64,000 bases of DNA from Minisyncoccota bacterium (GTDB taxonomy: Bacteria > Patescibacteriota > Minisyncoccia > Moranbacterales > UBA2206): contig JARLIA010000001.1 in assembly GCA_031291955.1 (NCBI GenBank), positions 5,300-69,299 of the forward strand. The letters are read 5' to 3'. Shown here one piece after another: positions 26,613 through 37,695 of the stretch. The notes under the pieces are model-generated. The model had not been told where the DNA came from. It worked only from the letters and a program-made list of their open reading frames with translations, and did no database searches. Position numbers and translations under genes: made by a program. The first letter of the stretch is position 1, and each line of letters starts with the position of its first letter.

Positions 26613-28268
26613 TTGAATATGAACATGATAAAGAAATTATTTAACAAAAATATCTTAAATACCAAGCCGTCGTCATCTATTGCTAGTGCGGCTTTTATTA
26701 TTACCACGGCGGGTCTAGCCAGTCGGGCCCTTGGACTTTTGCGGGATCGTTTTTTGGCTGGCGCTTTCGGAGCGGGAAACACTTTGGATGTCTATTATGC
26801 TGCTTTCCGCGTTCCTGATTTGGTTTACAATCTTTTGATTTTCGGCGCTTTGTCAGCCGCTTTTATTCCAGTTTTTGCCGGTCTTATCAGTCAAAAAAAG
26901 GATGATGAAGCCTGGGAGGTGGCCAACGGTGTTATGAATCTGGCTGTCATGGTGATCATAATTCTGGCTGTCGTTTTAGGTATATTCGCGCCGGAGCTAA
27001 TGAAAATAATCACGCCCGGTTTTCCGCCGGAAAAAATAACCGAGACGGTTCTTTTCACGCGTATTATGTTTTTGAGTCCTTTGCTTTTAGGCGTGAGCGG
27101 AATTTTCGGCGGAATCTTGACATCTTTTCGGCGCTTTTTGATCTATTCCATCGCGCCGCTTTTTTATAACCTGGGTATCATTATCGGCATTCTTGTTTTC
27201 GTGAGATTTATGGGTCCGGTTGGTCTGGCTTGGGGGGTGGTTTTGGGCGCCGCTATGCACTTGACTGTCCAATATTTTGCTGTCAAGAATCTCGGCTATC
27301 GCCACGTTTGGCTTTCCCGGGGACATTTAATAAACAAAGACGTCAGAAAAGTCATCAAACTTATGATTCCCCAAACAATGGGAATTGCCATTATCCAGTT
27401 TAATCTTTTCATCATCACTATTTTTGCTTCGACGCTGGCGGCCGGAAGTCTGTCTATTATCAATTTCGCCCAAAATCTCCAAAGTGTGCCGGTCGGACTG
27501 TTTGGCGCGTCATTCGCCATCGCCGTTTTCCCAACTCTCTCGGCCTCTTTTGCCAAAAATGATCACAGCGATTTCATAAGATATTTCTCGGAAACTTTCC
27601 GACAGATTCTCTTCTTTATCATTCCGTCGACCGTTTTCGTCATTCTCTTGAAAGCCCAGTTGGTCCGAGTGGTGCTCGGAACCGGAAAGTTTGACTGGAC
27701 GGATACGGTTCTGACTTTTCAGGTGCTCCAGATTTTCGCCCTCAGTCTTTTCGCCCAGTGTCTGACGCCGCTTCTGGCTCGGGCGTTTTATTCCATGCAC
27801 GACACTAAGACGCCTTTTTATATGGCGGCTTTTTCCGAGCTGATAAATATCATCTGTATCCTAAACTTTATCCATCCTTTCGGAATTATGGGACTAGCCT
27901 GGGCCTTTTCCATTTCTACTATGGTCGAGACTCTAGCTTTACTTTTCTTCATACGGATGCGCTTGGAAAATTTGGATGATAAAGAGATTCTCCGGTCTCT
28001 GGCAAAAATCGCGCTGGCCTCGATTTTGGCCGGCATCGGCATTCAAATTACTAAATACGCCGTAAACGAAGTGGTTAATATTGACACTTTTTTGGGAATA
28101 TTTTCCCAATTGGCGGTTTCCTCTGGTGTGGGAATTGCGATTTTCCTTCTGGCTTGCCAAGTTTTTCAAATCGAAGAGTTTATGAGTTTCAAAAATTCTT
28201 TGACCAAGAGACTTTTCCGCAGCCGAAAAAACATCATCGAAGATTTGGGCGATGTCAGCGGGATGTAA
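26613..28268 (+). CDS. murJ: lipid II flippase MurJ (MviN)
   Basis: The MurJ N-terminus is present (LASRALGLLRDRFLAGAFGAGNTLDVYYAAFRVPDLVYNLLIFGALSAAFIPVF), with 14 predicted TM helices. Confidence 0.9.
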   Translation: MNMNMIKKLFNKNILNTKPSSSIASAAFIITTAGLASRALGLLRDRFLAGAFGAGNTLDVYYAAFRVPDLVYNLLIFGALSAAFIPVFAGLISQKKDDEAWEVANGVMNLAVMVIIILAVVLGIFAPELMKIITPGFPPEKITETVLFTRIMFLSPLLLGVSGIFGGILTSFRRFLIYSIAPLFYNLGIIIGILVFVRFMGPVGLAWGVVLGAAMHLTVQYFAVKNLGYRHVWLSRGHLINKDVRKVIKLMIPQTMGIAIIQFNLFIITIFASTLAAGSLSIINFAQNLQSVPVGLFGASFAIAVFPTLSASFAKNDHSDFIRYFSETFRQILFFIIPSTVFVILLKAQLVRVVLGTGKFDWTDTVLTFQVLQIFALSLFAQCLTPLLARAFYSMHDTKTPFYMAAFSELINIICILNFIHPFGIMGLAWAFSISTMVETLALLFFIRMRLENLDDKEILRSLAKIALASILAGIGIQITKYAVNEVVNIDTFLGIFSQLAVSSGVGIAIFLLACQVFQIEEFMSFKNSLTKRLFRSRKNIIEDLGDVSGM

Positions 28269-28312
28269 ATTTAGGTAAAAGGTAAAAAGTAAAATTCAAA
28301 AGTATAATACGG

Positions 28313-28340
28313 CAGATTTTTTTGGAAATCTGTTTTTTTA
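28313..28340. terminator. bidirectional rho-independent terminator between murJ (+) and the TauE-like gene (-)
   Basis: A CAGATTT…AAATCTG stem (7 bp) is flanked by T7/A-runs on both sides. Confidence 0.5.
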
Positions 28341-28700
28341 TTTCTTGATAATCATGTAAAGGCCGATGGCGATGATTCCTGCGCCGAAGATTTTTTGTAA
28401 GATCCCGTCGGGAAGATCAATGGCGATTTTTGAGCCGAAATAGCCGCCAATCACAAATCCGATACAAATAAGGATGGCCACTCGCCAATCGACAAAACCA
28501 TTTTTCCAATATTCATAAGCCGCCAAAATGCCGATCGGCGGAACCATGAGCGCCAAGGTCGTTCCCTGGGCCAAGTGTTCCGAAAAACCGAAAAAGAAAA
28601 TCAGCGCGGGCACGATGATAACGCCGCTACCAATACCGATCAGTCCACTAGTTGTTCCGGCTAGAAGGCCGAGTAGAAGAAAAATGAAAATATTGGACAT
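28338..28700 (-). CDS. TauE/SafE (DUF81) family membrane protein, half-size (single-repeat) form
   Basis: The 120-aa product has 4 TM helices and the TauE-type G-rich pattern (LLGLLAGTTSGLIGIGSGVIIVPALIFF). Confidence 0.55.
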   Translation of the reverse strand: MSNIFIFLLLGLLAGTTSGLIGIGSGVIIVPALIFFFGFSEHLAQGTTLALMVPPIGILAAYEYWKNGFVDWRVAILICIGFVIGGYFGSKIAIDLPDGILQKIFGAGIIAIGLYMIIKK

Positions 28701-28798
28701 AGTTTTATTTTTTGCTTTAAATATTGATTATTTGTTTGTATTGAGCTAAGATACTTGTATGTCGATTATAGCATAAAACACCACCAAAAACTATTTTT

Positions 28799-30598
28799 AT
28801 GGAGAACATCCGCAATTTTTGCATCATCGCGCACATTGATCACGGCAAGTCGACGCTGTCCGACCGGCTTTTGGAAATGACCGGAACGATCGAGATGCGG
28901 AAAATGAAAGAGCAACTGCTGGACACGATGGATCTGGAACGAGAGCGGGGGATAACCATCAAGATGCAGCCGGTCCGGATGAACTATAAAAATTATATCT
29001 TAAATTTAATTGATACGCCCGGGCATGTGGATTTCGGTTATGAAGTATCGCGCAGTTTGGCGGCAGTGGAAGGGGCGGTACTCTTGGTTGACGCGACCAA
29101 AGGCGTGCAGGCGCAGACTTTGGCTAATCTCTATCAGGCCATCGACCATAATCTGGCAATTATTCCGGTGGTCAACAAAATCGATCTGCCCAACGCCGAC
29201 CCGGAAAAAACCAAAAAAGAAATCATTCACATTCTTGGTTGCGACGAAGAAGATATTTTGGAAGTCTCCGGAAAAACTGGGCAAGGCGTGGACAAACTCC
29301 TAGAAAAAATAGTCCAAGTTATTCCGCCGCCCAAAGGTGAACCAGGCAGTTCGCTCCGGGCGCTCATTTTCGATTCGAAGTATGATACCTACAAGGGCGT
29401 CTTGGCGTACGTTCGAATTGTGGATGGGGAAGTCAAGGCCGAAGACGATATTTTCATGCTGGTGAAACGCTCGGAAAGCAATGTCATTGAAGTCGGTTAT
29501 TTCAAACCAGCCTTGGAAAAGACGGCCAAATTGAAAACGGGAGAAATCGGCTATATCGCGACCGGCTTCAAGAGCGTTGAGGAATGCCGGGTGGGTGACA
29601 CGATAACTCACGAAAGCCGAGCGAAGGAAAAGCGAATGGGAACGAATAAAATTGAGCCGCTTCCTGGGTATAAGGAAGTGAGTCCGATGGTGTATGCCAG
29701 TTTTTATCCGATCGAAGGCGATGATTACAATTTGATGCGGGACGCGCTTGGGAAATTGAAACTCAACGACGCCGCTTTTGCGTTTGAGCCGGAATCCAAT
29801 CTAGCGCTGGGACGGGGTTTTCGTTGCGGCTTTTTGGGGCTGCTTCATTTAGAGATCATTCAATCGCGCTTGGAACGTGAGTTTGACATCAGCCCGACCA
29901 TCACCACTCCCAGCGTGGTTTATGAAATAACGCTCAAGGGCAATGCTGAAAAATTTAAAATATATTCGCCGTCCGAATATCCCGATCCGTCAACCTTGGA
30001 AGAAATTTCCGAACCGTACGTCCAGCTGGAAATCGTCTCGCCTTCCAACTACTTGGGCGCCATAATGGAAGTGATGAAAAATACCCGAGCTGAATATCAA
30101 AACACTGAATATCTCGATTCCGAGCGGATGATTTTGAAATTCGATTGTCCTTTGACCGACGTCATCACCAATCTCCATGATGATCTTAAGAGTGCGTCGT
30201 CCGGATACGCTTCAATGAATTATGAAATCAAAGACTATCGCGCGTCTGATTTGATTAAGCTTGACATTATGGTGGGCGGGGAAGCGGTGGATGCTTTTTC
30301 GCGGATCGTGCCCAGGGATAAGGCTTTCCCGGAGGGCAAACGAGTCGTCTCCAAGTTGAAAGAACTGATTCCGCGCCAGAATTTCCAGGTGGCTATCCAG
30401 GCGGCTGTCGGCGGAAAAATCATTTCCCGGGAAACAATCACCGCTTTTCGAAAGGATGTGATCGCCAAACTCTATGGCGGCGATATCACTCGAAAAAGAA
30501 AACTCTTGGAAAAGCAAAAGAAGGGCAAGAAAAAAATGAAAAACATCGGCCGCGTCAGCATCCCACCGGAAGCGTTCTTAGAAGTGCTGAAGAAATAA
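28799..30598 (+). CDS. lepA: elongation factor 4 (LepA)
   Basis: GTPase G1-G4 motifs are present (AHIDHGKSTL; DTPGHVDF; NKID) and a LepA-specific C-terminal domain. The product is 599 aa. Confidence 0.95.
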   Translation: MENIRNFCIIAHIDHGKSTLSDRLLEMTGTIEMRKMKEQLLDTMDLERERGITIKMQPVRMNYKNYILNLIDTPGHVDFGYEVSRSLAAVEGAVLLVDATKGVQAQTLANLYQAIDHNLAIIPVVNKIDLPNADPEKTKKEIIHILGCDEEDILEVSGKTGQGVDKLLEKIVQVIPPPKGEPGSSLRALIFDSKYDTYKGVLAYVRIVDGEVKAEDDIFMLVKRSESNVIEVGYFKPALEKTAKLKTGEIGYIATGFKSVEECRVGDTITHESRAKEKRMGTNKIEPLPGYKEVSPMVYASFYPIEGDDYNLMRDALGKLKLNDAAFAFEPESNLALGRGFRCGFLGLLHLEIIQSRLEREFDISPTITTPSVVYEITLKGNAEKFKIYSPSEYPDPSTLEEISEPYVQLEIVSPSNYLGAIMEVMKNTRAEYQNTEYLDSERMILKFDCPLTDVITNLHDDLKSASSGYASMNYEIKDYRASDLIKLDIMVGGEAVDAFSRIVPRDKAFPEGKRVVSKLKELIPRQNFQVAIQAAVGGKIISRETITAFRKDVIAKLYGGDITRKRKLLEKQKKGKKKMKNIGRVSIPPEAFLEVLKK

Positions 30599-30648
30599 AC
30601 CGCGTCAGTCGACTTTGCATAAAGTTGAATTTTTGTTAAAATAATGTT

Positions 30649-30768
30649 ATGAGTATTCAAAAGCGCAATAAGCGGATGTACCGCATTTGGGTAGTTATTT
30701 CCATTATCGGCGTTTTGGCGATGCTGGCTTTTACGCTGGCGCCGCTTATGACGCTGATGAGGTAACTC
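30649..30768 (+). CDS. possible small single-TM protein (39 aa)
   Basis: The ATG at 30649 gives MSIQKRNKRMYRIWVVISIIGVLAMLAFTLAPLMTLMR*. It lies in the lepA-ftsB intergenic space and is below the ORF-track cutoff. Confidence 0.25.
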
Positions 30769-30783
30769 CGCCGCCGGGATTTT

Positions 30784-31185
30784 ATGCGAAACAACAATGA
30801 AAGTTCGAACAAATGGCTCCTGTGGTCAATAGCGTTTTTGGTCTTGGTGATATTGGGCATTTTTGGTTATTTCCTTTCCAAAGAAATGAAACAAAAGGCT
30901 GAAGTCGACCAGCAGATCCAAGCTTTGGAGAACCAGGCCGACCAAATCAAGAAAGAGAATATGCAGCTTCAGGAAAGAATTAGCTATCTTGGTAGTCAGA
31001 ATTACCAAAAACTCGAAGCCAAAACCAATCTGGATCTCCAGGATCCCGGCGAAAAAGTGGTTGTAATTACCCCTGGTCCGGCGCAATCTGGAGATGCGGC
31101 TGGAAATGTTTCGCCCTCTTCCGTTTCGTCTCCGGTTGTCGAGCAGATCCCTAATTGGCGGAAGTGGTGGAATTATTTTTTCTAA
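30784..31185 (+). CDS. septum formation initiator family protein (FtsB/DivIC-like)
   Basis: It has a single TM (WLLWSIAFLVLVILGIFGYFL), then a coiled coil (VDQQIQALENQADQIKKENMQLQERISYL) and a short C-terminal tail. Confidence 0.55.
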   Translation: MRNNNESSNKWLLWSIAFLVLVILGIFGYFLSKEMKQKAEVDQQIQALENQADQIKKENMQLQERISYLGSQNYQKLEAKTNLDLQDPGEKVVVITPGPAQSGDAAGNVSPSSVSSPVVEQIPNWRKWWNYFF

Positions 31186-31189
31186 ATAA

Positions 31190-32275
31190 ATGAATTTTAA
31201 CAAACACACAACAGAAGAAAATATTCCGCCGGAGCGTACGGAGAAGAAAGTGAAGATGATCACCGTCATTTTAGCTTTCGCAATAATTGCCATGATTTAT
31301 ATCATTACCATTGGCGTTTTGATCTGGTTTTTCGGTTTTTCCAAAAGCGACGTAGTCAGAAAGACTGCCGCGATTGTTCCATATCCGGCCGCGATTGTCG
31401 GAACAAATGTCATAACTTTCAACAAGTTGATGACCGAATTGGACGCGGCCCGACAATTTTACCAAGGTCAGAATTTTTCCGCCTTGGGTCTGCAAGTGGA
31501 TTTTTCCACGCCTGACGGGCAGAAAAAAATTGAAATTAAAAAAAGAGAAATCCTGGAAAAACTTATTGAGAATGCCGTTATTGAAAACGAGGCCAAAAAA
31601 AGAGGAATAACGCTCTCTAGCGCGGATGTCAACCAAGAAGTCAACACCGAGCTTCAAAAATATGGAAGTGAAGACAATTTGAAAAATACCATGCAAAAGT
31701 TATACGGATGGAACATTTCCCAGTTCGAAGAAAATATCGTAAAACCCGATCTTTATGCTCAAAAATTATTTGCCGATATAGAGGCGTCCGATCCGAGTTA
31801 CGCAGCAGCTAAGGCCAAGATAACCCAAGCCCAGGATCAATTGAACAACAACGCTGATTTTTCCACAGTTGCCGACCAGTTTTCAGACGGCGCGACAGCT
31901 AAGAATGGCGGGGAATTGGGATGGTTTGGCGCCGATCAAATGCTTCCCGAAGTGTCCGCCGTAATAACAAAGATGAAGGTTGGCAGTCAAAGTGAAATAA
32001 TCCAGAGTTCAATCGGGTACCATATCGTGAGACTTGAAGACGAAAAAACCGAAAACAATGTTTCGATGTACAAAGTCAGCCAGATTTTTGTTCGGACTAA
32101 ATCTTTTTCCGATTGGATAGCCGATCTTGAAAAACAGGATAAAATTTGGATACCTATCCGAGAATTTGAATGGAGCAACCAAACTGATCAGGTGGAATTT
32201 CGCGATCCGGCTATGCAAGATTTAGAAAATAATCTCATCAAAAATTCGCCGGATGATCCGTCAGTTATATTCTAG
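31190..32275 (+). CDS. membrane-anchored parvulin-type peptidyl-prolyl isomerase (PrsA/PpiC-like)
   Basis: It has an N-terminal TM and a C-terminal parvulin motif (ATAKNGGELGWFGADQMLPEVSAV…SIGYHIVRL). Confidence 0.8.
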   Translation: MNFNKHTTEENIPPERTEKKVKMITVILAFAIIAMIYIITIGVLIWFFGFSKSDVVRKTAAIVPYPAAIVGTNVITFNKLMTELDAARQFYQGQNFSALGLQVDFSTPDGQKKIEIKKREILEKLIENAVIENEAKKRGITLSSADVNQEVNTELQKYGSEDNLKNTMQKLYGWNISQFEENIVKPDLYAQKLFADIEASDPSYAAAKAKITQAQDQLNNNADFSTVADQFSDGATAKNGGELGWFGADQMLPEVSAVITKMKVGSQSEIIQSSIGYHIVRLEDEKTENNVSMYKVSQIFVRTKSFSDWIADLEKQDKIWIPIREFEWSNQTDQVEFRDPAMQDLENNLIKNSPDDPSVIF

Positions 32276-32348
32276 TCGATGCGGATTTACGAATAAAAAT
32301 TCGAATCGGTTTAGAAATATAATATTTAATCATTAATATCAAACAGCT

Positions 32349-32528
32349 ATGCCAAAGCCAAAAGTGAACCAAGACCTCTGCATCGGATGCGGAACCTGCG
32401 AGTCGCTTTGCCCGAATGTGTTCAAGATCGAGGACGGCAAGTCGCATGTTGTCGCCGAAGAATGTGGCGACTGCAATTGTCAGGAGACGATTGATTCCTG
32501 TCCCGTGAGCGCTATTTCTATGGAATAA
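32349..32528 (+). CDS. small ferredoxin (4Fe-4S, 59 aa)
   Basis: The product is MPKPKVNQDLCIGCGTCESLCPNVFKIEDGKSHVVAEECGDCNCQETIDSCPVSAISME, with a CxxCxxC…CP cluster motif. It is below the ORF-track cutoff and lies antisense to a spurious minus-strand ORF at 32265-32627. Confidence 0.75.
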   Translation: MPKPKVNQDLCIGCGTCESLCPNVFKIEDGKSHVVAEECGDCNCQETIDSCPVSAISME

Positions 32529-32695
32529 AGCGTCCGGTTTTTTTGTATTAAGGTTTATATCAAAGCCTTTTTTGTGAACTCCAAATGAATCGGAAAACGT
32601 GTTTTTCCGGTTCGCCTCGTGTCGCAAATGATCAAGAGACCCGTTTGAGACATGGAGCCAACTTACAATTTATTTTATTGCGCTCGTTCATAATT

Positions 32696-34207
32696 ATGAA
32701 AAACCAAAATACTATGGAAAACATCCCAAACAATCTTCCTGATGACACGGAGAAAGTCGAGGAAAACACTCAGGCTGTTCCGATGGAAACGGCCGATAAT
32801 TTCGTTACTAGTCCACTTGCGGACAAAAAGCCAGGACATTCATTTGCTTTCCTGGCGGTTGTACTGATTGTCATCACTATTTTTCTTTCTGCTACTTTCG
32901 GCGCGTTTTTCGGCTTTCTGGCTTCCCGGAGCGGATCGCCGCTTCTGGCTAATATTGGCGGTGGAAAATTATCCACCTTGTTTTCCGGAAATGATTCCAG
33001 TCAATCTTCAAAAGTAACCAAACAAAATATCGTCCAGGAAGATTCGGCGGTTATTGACGTAGTCAAGAAAACTTCACCGGCCGTCGTAAGCATTGTGATT
33101 TCCAAGGATATTTCCAATGATCAGAATTTAGGCGATCTGCCAAATTTATTCGGAGACCCTTTTAATCTTTTCTTCGGGCAAGGCCAGCAGGGTCAAGGCG
33201 GTGGTAGTGCGAACAATGGGAATGGCAATAATGGCAGTGTCAATGGCAATAATAATTCCGGCGGAAGCCAACAGCAAACTATCGGCGGCGGCACCGGATT
33301 CTTCATTACTAGCGACGGATTGATCGTGACCAATCGCCATGTCGTGGATGATTCCACGGCCAGCTACACGGTTGTGACAAATGATAGCAAGAAATATCCA
33401 GCCAAAGTATTAGCTGTTGATCCAGTTAATGACATTGCTGTTATCAAAATTAATGGCGCCGGCTTTCCGACGCTTAACCTTGGGAATTCCAATCAAGTTC
33501 AGGTCGGAGAGACAGTTATCGCCATTGGAAATTCACTTGGACAATTTTCCAATACGGTCAGCCGCGGCATTATTTCCGGTCTTCAACGGAATGTTACTGC
33601 TGGCGGCGATACCGGCCAAAGCGAACGATTGACTAATATTATTCAAACTGATGCCGCCATCAACCCAGGCAACTCCGGCGGTCCGCTTTTGGATATCGAC
33701 GGCAACGTGATTGGCATTAACGTGGCAATTGCTCAAGACGCTCAAAACATCGGTTTTGCCATCCCGTCCGACCAGATAAAAAAGGTTGTGAATGAAGTGA
33801 AAACGACCGGCAAAATCTCAACGCCCTATCTCGGCATCCGCTATATCCCGGTTGACAGCAGCTTGCAGCAGCAAAATAATTTGCCTTACGCCTATGGTGA
33901 CTTGGTAACCCGCGGCCAAACTATGGGAGATCTGGCGGTTATTCCTGGCTCGCCTGCTGACAAGGCTGGCATTGTGGAAAATGACATCATTCTGGAGGTG
34001 AATGGCACCAAGATTGACGACGGCAACGGCGGATCGGGACTTTCCGATCTGATCGCCCAACACAATGTTGGTGATACAGTCACTCTCAAAGTGTGGCACA
34101 AAGGCCAAACTAAAGATGTCCAAGTAACACTCATGGAACGGACGACTAACGTCAGTGATATCCAGAACAATCAAAATGGGAATAGTAATTCCAGCAACGG
34201 ACAATAA
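32696..34207 (+). CDS. htrA: HtrA/DegP-family serine protease with a PDZ domain (catalytically competent)
   Basis: The catalytic triad is present in context: His (LIVTNRHVV), Asp (VNDIAVIKI) and Ser (GNSGGPLLD). It has a C-terminal PDZ domain and a Gly/Asn/Gln-rich low-complexity insert. The likely start is the ATG at 32696 (MKNQNTMENIP); the track's start at 32585 adds an unlikely N-terminal extension. Confidence 0.85.
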   Translation: MKNQNTMENIPNNLPDDTEKVEENTQAVPMETADNFVTSPLADKKPGHSFAFLAVVLIVITIFLSATFGAFFGFLASRSGSPLLANIGGGKLSTLFSGNDSSQSSKVTKQNIVQEDSAVIDVVKKTSPAVVSIVISKDISNDQNLGDLPNLFGDPFNLFFGQGQQGQGGGSANNGNGNNGSVNGNNNSGGSQQQTIGGGTGFFITSDGLIVTNRHVVDDSTASYTVVTNDSKKYPAKVLAVDPVNDIAVIKINGAGFPTLNLGNSNQVQVGETVIAIGNSLGQFSNTVSRGIISGLQRNVTAGGDTGQSERLTNIIQTDAAINPGNSGGPLLDIDGNVIGINVAIAQDAQNIGFAIPSDQIKKVVNEVKTTGKISTPYLGIRYIPVDSSLQQQNNLPYAYGDLVTRGQTMGDLAVIPGSPADKAGIVENDIILEVNGTKIDDGNGGSGLSDLIAQHNVGDTVTLKVWHKGQTKDVQVTLMERTTNVSDIQNNQNGNSNSSNGQ

Positions 34208-34280
34208 ATCAGAACCACTGATTATCACATGATTTCACTGAATTTATTCTTCATGTGCAATCAAGTGATTCAGACAATAC

Positions 34281-36896
34281 ATGGATCTTAACAAACTCAC
34301 CACCAAATCCCAAGAGGCTCTTAGGAATTCCCAAGAGTTAGCCATTACTCGAAACCAGCAGCAGGTGGATGTTTTTCATTTGCTCTATTCTCTGATTATT
34401 CAAGAAAATTCGGTGGTGCCGCTCATTTTGAAAAAGTTAGAAGCCAATCTCGATGCCATCCGGGCCGCTCTTTTGGCGGAAATAGAACGCTATCCCAAAG
34501 TCACACAGCTTGCGGCCGCCCAGATTTTCATCACTCCGGAAATGGTCATGGTTTTGAGCAATGCTGAGCAGGAAGCTAAAAAAATCGGCGATGAATATAT
34601 CTCGACCGAACACCTTCTCCTTTCCCTTCTGACTTCCAAGACCCGGGCTAAGGATTTTCTGGCCATAAACGGCGTGAATTATGACAATGTTTTGAAAATC
34701 ATGTCCGAGATCAGGGGTTCACAGCGGGTCGACACGCCGGAACCGGAAACCAAATTCCAAGTGATGGAAAAATACACTTTGAATCTGACGGATTTTGCCC
34801 GAAGCAAGAAACTTGACCCGGTCATTGGCCGGGATGATGAGATTCGCCGCCTAATGCAGGTGCTTTCCCGCCGCACTAAAAATAATCCGGTCTTGATTGG
34901 TGAGGCCGGTACGGGGAAAACGGCCATCGTGGAGGGTTTGGCGCAAAGGATCGCGGACGGCGATGTGCCGGAAACTTTGAAAGACAAAATTCTGGTTTCT
35001 CTCGACTTGGGATCTTTATTGGCTGGCACAAAATTCCGCGGCGAATTCGAAGAGCGCTTGAAGGCGATTATGAACGAAATTGAACGGGCGGCTGGAAAAT
35101 ATATCCTTTTTATCGACGAACTGCATACATTGGTCGGTGCGGGCGCCATTGAGGGCGCGCTCGACGCTTCCAATATGTTGAAACCCGCGCTCGCCCGGGG
35201 AAAAATAAAAATGATCGGTGCTACCACCACCAAAGAATATCAAAAATATATCGAGAAGGACGCCGCTCTCGAACGGCGCCTTCAGCCGATTATGGTTGGC
35301 GAACCGTCGATTGAAGATACTGTTGCCATTCTCCGCGGTCTCAAGGAGAAATACGAAGTGCATCACGGAGTAAAAATCACCGATGGTGCTATTCAAGAAG
35401 CTGTGCGTCTTTCCGATCGCTACATCACCGATCGTTATCTGCCGGACAAGGCCGTTGATCTGATTGACGAAGCTACCAGCGCGCTTCGCATGGAAATTGA
35501 TTCCATGCCGGCCGAAATTGATTCATCCGAGCGTCTTATTCGGCGTCTTGAAATCGAAAAGAAGGCTTTCGAGCGGGAAAGCGGTGATTCGGATGCTAAA
35601 AAAAGGATCCGGGAGCTGAATAAAAAACTGGCCGAAGTCCGGGAACAATCGCAAAAAATGCTGCTCCAGTGGAAAGCGGAAAAGGAGCTTATCACAAATA
35701 TAAGAAAGCACTCGGCTGATATTGAAAAGTTGAAATCAGAAGCGGAAATTGCCGAACGTCTGATGGAGCTTGATCGGGTGGCGGAAATTCGTTATGGAAA
35801 AATTCCAGAGCTGGAAAAAAAGATTAAAATTGAAAAGAAAAAACTGGATACGATTCAAAGCAAGACGCCTATTTTGAAAGAAGAGGTGACAGAAGAAGAC
35901 ATTGCCAAGGTCGTTTCACGCTGGACCGGTGTTCCAGTGTTCAAGATGCTGGAAGACGAATCGATAAAACTGGCAACCATGGAAAAAGAACTGGCTAGTC
36001 GGGTAGTCGGACAGAAAGAAGCTATTCATTCCGTTTCCAATGCTATCCGGCGTTCCCGGGCTGGCATTTCGGAAGTTCAGCGTCCAATCGGTTCGTTTAT
36101 ATTTTTAGGGCCGACCGGAGTTGGAAAGACGGAATTGGCCAAGGCTCTCGCCGAATTTTTATTCAACGATGAAGCCTCGATGCTCCGAGTGGATATGAGT
36201 GAATACATGGAATCGCATAGTGTGTCCAAGATTATCGGCTCGCCCCCGGGCTATGTCGGCCACGAAGATGGTGGGCAATTGACGGAACTCGTCCGACGAA
36301 AGCCATACAGCGTCATCTTATTCGACGAAATTGAAAAAGCCCATCCTCAGGTTTTCAATATCATGCTTCAAATCATGGATGAAGGCCATCTGACCGATGC
36401 CAAGGGCCGGCGGGTGAATTTCAAAAACACTGTCATTATCATGACGTCAAACATCGGTTCGGACATTATCTATAAAAGCGGACTGGGTTTCCGGGATGAA
36501 GGCGCGGAGGAAACTTTGGGCGAAGAAGAAATGCGTCAGAAAGTCCTAGCTTCGCTTCGGGAAAATTTCAAACCGGAATTTTTGAACCGACTGGATGAAA
36601 TAATAATTTTCCATCCGATCGACCAAAAAATGCTCCGCCTTATCATTGATTTGCAACTCAAGGAACTTCAGAAGCGGTTGGACGGAAAAAACATCAAAGT
36701 AAATCTGACAGCTGCCGCTAAAAAATATCTGACCGAAAAGGGCTTCGATCCGGCCTATGGCGCCCGGCCCTTGAAACGCGTCATTCAAAATGATATCATG
36801 GATGAACTGGCACTGGAGATAATCGAAGGAAGAATAGCTGAAGGGGATAAGGTCAAAGCTGACATTGAAAAGGATAAAATTGTATTTACGAAATAG
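34281..36896 (+). CDS. clpB: ATP-dependent chaperone ClpB
   Basis: The Clp N-domain is present, two AAA+ modules ([17 protein letters not shown]…; [19 protein letters not shown]…), a long middle coiled coil, and the NTE sensor motif. The product is 871 aa. Confidence 0.95.
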   Translation: MDLNKLTTKSQEALRNSQELAITRNQQQVDVFHLLYSLIIQENSVVPLILKKLEANLDAIRAALLAEIERYPKVTQLAAAQIFITPEMVMVLSNAEQEAKKIGDEYISTEHLLLSLLTSKTRAKDFLAINGVNYDNVLKIMSEIRGSQRVDTPEPETKFQVMEKYTLNLTDFARSKKLDPVIGRDDEIRRLMQVLSRRTKNNPVLIGEAGTGKTAIVEGLAQRIADGDVPETLKDKILVSLDLGSLLAGTKFRGEFEERLKAIMNEIERAAGKYILFIDELHTLVGAGAIEGALDASNMLKPALARGKIKMIGATTTKEYQKYIEKDAALERRLQPIMVGEPSIEDTVAILRGLKEKYEVHHGVKITDGAIQEAVRLSDRYITDRYLPDKAVDLIDEATSALRMEIDSMPAEIDSSERLIRRLEIEKKAFERESGDSDAKKRIRELNKKLAEVREQSQKMLLQWKAEKELITNIRKHSADIEKLKSEAEIAERLMELDRVAEIRYGKIPELEKKIKIEKKKLDTIQSKTPILKEEVTEEDIAKVVSRWTGVPVFKMLEDESIKLATMEKELASRVVGQKEAIHSVSNAIRRSRAGISEVQRPIGSFIFLGPTGVGKTELAKALAEFLFNDEASMLRVDMSEYMESHSVSKIIGSPPGYVGHEDGGQLTELVRRKPYSVILFDEIEKAHPQVFNIMLQIMDEGHLTDAKGRRVNFKNTVIIMTSNIGSDIIYKSGLGFRDEGAEETLGEEEMRQKVLASLRENFKPEFLNRLDEIIIFHPIDQKMLRLIIDLQLKELQKRLDGKNIKVNLTAAAKKYLTEKGFDPAYGARPLKRVIQNDIMDELALEIIEGRIAEGDKVKADIEKDKIVFTK

Positions 36897-36922
36897 ATTG
36901 TAAAATTTCTAATTTTTTTACC

Positions 36923-37663
36923 GTGTTTCTCAAGATTCGTCCATTTATCTATAGTCTCGTCTATTTCCTGGGGCTTGAACTGATTGTTTTCTCACATCGG
37001 CATGTCCTGGGAATTCTTTTTGTATTGCTTCTGATCTCGGTTTATCAAGGGAAAAAAACTGGCGGACAATGGAAATTTTCTGTTCTGCCGGTTTTTTTCA
37101 CAATCTCTTCCGCTGCCCTGCTTTATCTGGTGGGACTTATCTATGAGCAGCAAATTTTCATCGTGCTGGCCTCAGTTATGTATTACCTAGCTCTTTTTGG
37201 TGCCTATCGCCTCAATCAATATGCGGGTGACCAGACGGCCCGCGGCATGAATATGGCCGCCACCATCTCAACCATCTTTTTCACCTACGCCGGCGCTTAC
37301 GGACTTTATCTCAATTTTTTTGTGCCGCTTTGGTGGCTGATTCTGGTCTATCTAGTTGTTACGCTCTTGGTCAGCTATCAGCATTTTTCTCTTATAAAAT
37401 ACGATGACAAAAAAATTGTTTGGGTTTACAGTTTTCTTTTGGCCCTTTCCATGTCTGAGTTGATTTGGACCATGAATTTTTGGCCGTTCGGTTATTTGAC
37501 GACGGGCGTAATCGCGCTTATACTCTATTATGTGCTGTGGGATCTTATCCAAAGCCATTTTTTGAACCTTTTGAGCCGGCGAAGAGTGGTGGCCAATATG
37601 ATCTTTTTTTCGGTTATTATTGGATTGATTTTATTAAGTTCAAAATGGCTGCCGAGCGTATAA
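36923..37663 (+). CDS. polytopic membrane protein, function unknown
   Basis: About 7 TM helices are predicted. It has a GTG start and no recognisable motifs. Confidence 0.4.
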   Translation: MFLKIRPFIYSLVYFLGLELIVFSHRHVLGILFVLLLISVYQGKKTGGQWKFSVLPVFFTISSAALLYLVGLIYEQQIFIVLASVMYYLALFGAYRLNQYAGDQTARGMNMAATISTIFFTYAGAYGLYLNFFVPLWWLILVYLVVTLLVSYQHFSLIKYDDKKIVWVYSFLLALSMSELIWTMNFWPFGYLTTGVIALILYYVLWDLIQSHFLNLLSRRRVVANMIFFSVIIGLILLSSKWLPSV

Positions 37664-37695
37664 AAAATTTTTAATTTTCAATTTTGAATGTTTAT

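Noticed and set aside
32265-32627. 120-aa minus-strand ORF
   Set aside because: It lies antisense to the clear plus-strand 4Fe-4S ferredoxin ORF at 32349-32528 and to the htrA upstream region, and it has no recognisable features.
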